Positions 41,824 through 42,513 of a stretch of 42,513 bases of DNA are shown piece by piece. The stretch spans positions 1 to 42,513 of IMG/VR virus record IMGVR_UViG_3300029240_000023. One strand, written 5' to 3'. The position numbers and the translations under genes are program-made. The notes beneath the pieces are model-generated. The model saw nothing but the letters and a program-made list of their open reading frames with translations. It ran no database searches and had not been told where the DNA came from. Positions within the stretch are counted from its first letter, which is position 1. Each line of letters begins with the position of its first letter. This DNA is from a virus.

Positions 41824-41852
41824 TTGACATTATTCGACAATCTGTGTATAAT
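41824..41852 (+). promoter_or_regulatory. Consensus sigma70 promoter of the structured RNA
   Basis: TTGACA (41824-41829), 17-nt spacer ending TGTG, TATAAT (41847-41852). Confidence 0.7.
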
Positions 41853-41858
41853 AAATTC

Positions 41859-42250
41859 CGTGGAACCCACCGTCCGCGTCGAGTTTCCTGGCTTGCCATA
41901 GCCTATCTCCTTTGTAGACGGTGTACGGTTAAAAAGACGGTTGCCTGTCATCCCGCGAGTGCGGAATGGAGGCGTGTGTATAGCCCTCGCGGGAAATTTA
42001 TTTCTCATGGAGGTGACCATACATAACTCTTCAAGATGTTTTCTGGATTGTGTCTATCTGCTGGATTCTCGTCCAAGCGTGGGACAAGTTCCATAACAGA
42101 AAGAAGTGAGCCGTCTGTTCACAGCAGAACGGCTCACGGTTGTTTGAGCGCTAAGCTCTCGACCTACTAACTTGTATGCTCGTGGCAACCGTCTGGGTTC
42201 CCACCGCAGGGGACATCTGTTACCAGCAGGTGTTCCCTGTGTTATTATTA
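41859..42250 (+). ncRNA. Unclassified structured non-coding RNA, about 390 nt
   Basis: No credible ORF or SD. Stacked long-range helices 41860-41869/42194-42204 and 41936-41945/42184-42193. Several internal hairpins. Terminator stem 42207-42219/42227-42239 with two G-U pairs. Confidence 0.55.
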
Positions 42251-42414
42251 TAGACCTTTACAGAAGCGTTGTCAAATAATTTTTTAATAACTTTTTTAGA
42301 TTTTTCCCACATTCCCAATCTTTCAAGACTTCCGTTTGGAGGTCTTTTTTTCTTTTTCGGGATTTTTCGAGAAGGGAAGGAAGCCTTTTTGGCTGAAATC
42401 TATTTGGGGGGCTT

Positions 42415-42513
42415 ACCGCGCGGAAATGCCCGGGCGCATATCCCCCGCCCCCGGTGCTATCCGGCAGCAGCCGGAACCGCTGAACAGTGCCGGACAGCCC
42501 AACCCCTGAACTG
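42415..42513. repeat. Terminal direct repeat copy 2, identical to 1..99
   Basis: Read directly: 99/99 identical bases at both window ends. Confidence 0.95.

Noticed and set aside
41623-42020. Track ORFs 41623..41805 (-) and 41658..42020 (-) upstream of the recombinase
   Set aside because: Their Lys/Asn-rich translations come from T-tract DNA. They overlap two promoters and the 5' domain of the structured RNA, and they have no SD.

Overview
The window is one complete, circularly closed genome of a temperate siphovirus-like phage. Bases 1-99 are identical to 42415-42513, so the two window ends are contiguous and the unit length is 42,414 bp. All function calls come from motifs read in the ORF translations; no database search was run.

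Layout:
- Lysogeny module, plus strand: XRE-type repressor (15174-15521), membrane-anchored HTH protein (15874-16503), large serine integrase (16484-18145).
- Lytic genes, minus strand, reading downward from a divergent switch region (14550-15170): Cro-like HTH; YqaJ exonuclease, RecT, SSB and RusA; replication-organiser proteins; a PAPS-reductase-like / C5-methyltransferase-like / ASCH cluster; many small Cys-rich proteins; and TerS (1783-2331).
- Continuing across the circular junction: TerL, portal, two tRNAs, scaffold, major capsid, head-tail connectors, major tail protein, G/G-T chaperone with a canonical -1 slippery site, tape measure, tail tip and fibre proteins, endolysin and holin.
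- A small moron cluster (18164-19852) abuts the integrase 3' end.

Most interesting non-standard content:
1. An accessory island separates terS from terL. It holds a truncated serine recombinase operon with membrane and zinc-ribbon proteins, a divergently transcribed ~390-nt highly structured non-coding RNA with a consensus promoter and its own terminator, and a small plus-strand cassette. Two of the island's three promoters, the recombinase promoter and the plus-strand cassette promoter, share TTACGG/CCGTAA operator-like motifs.
2. Three copies of a conserved three-hairpin RNA element carry mutually exclusive stems. Each sits directly 5' of a major late unit.
3. A nine-copy A[T/A]AGTCGC array lies just downstream of terS.
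4. The lysis-lysogeny switch has overlapping divergent promoters, a 17-bp perfect inverted repeat and a terminated ~285-nt transcript.
5. The tail-fibre ORF is separated from an upstream ORF by a single in-frame TGA, with no canonical start of its own.
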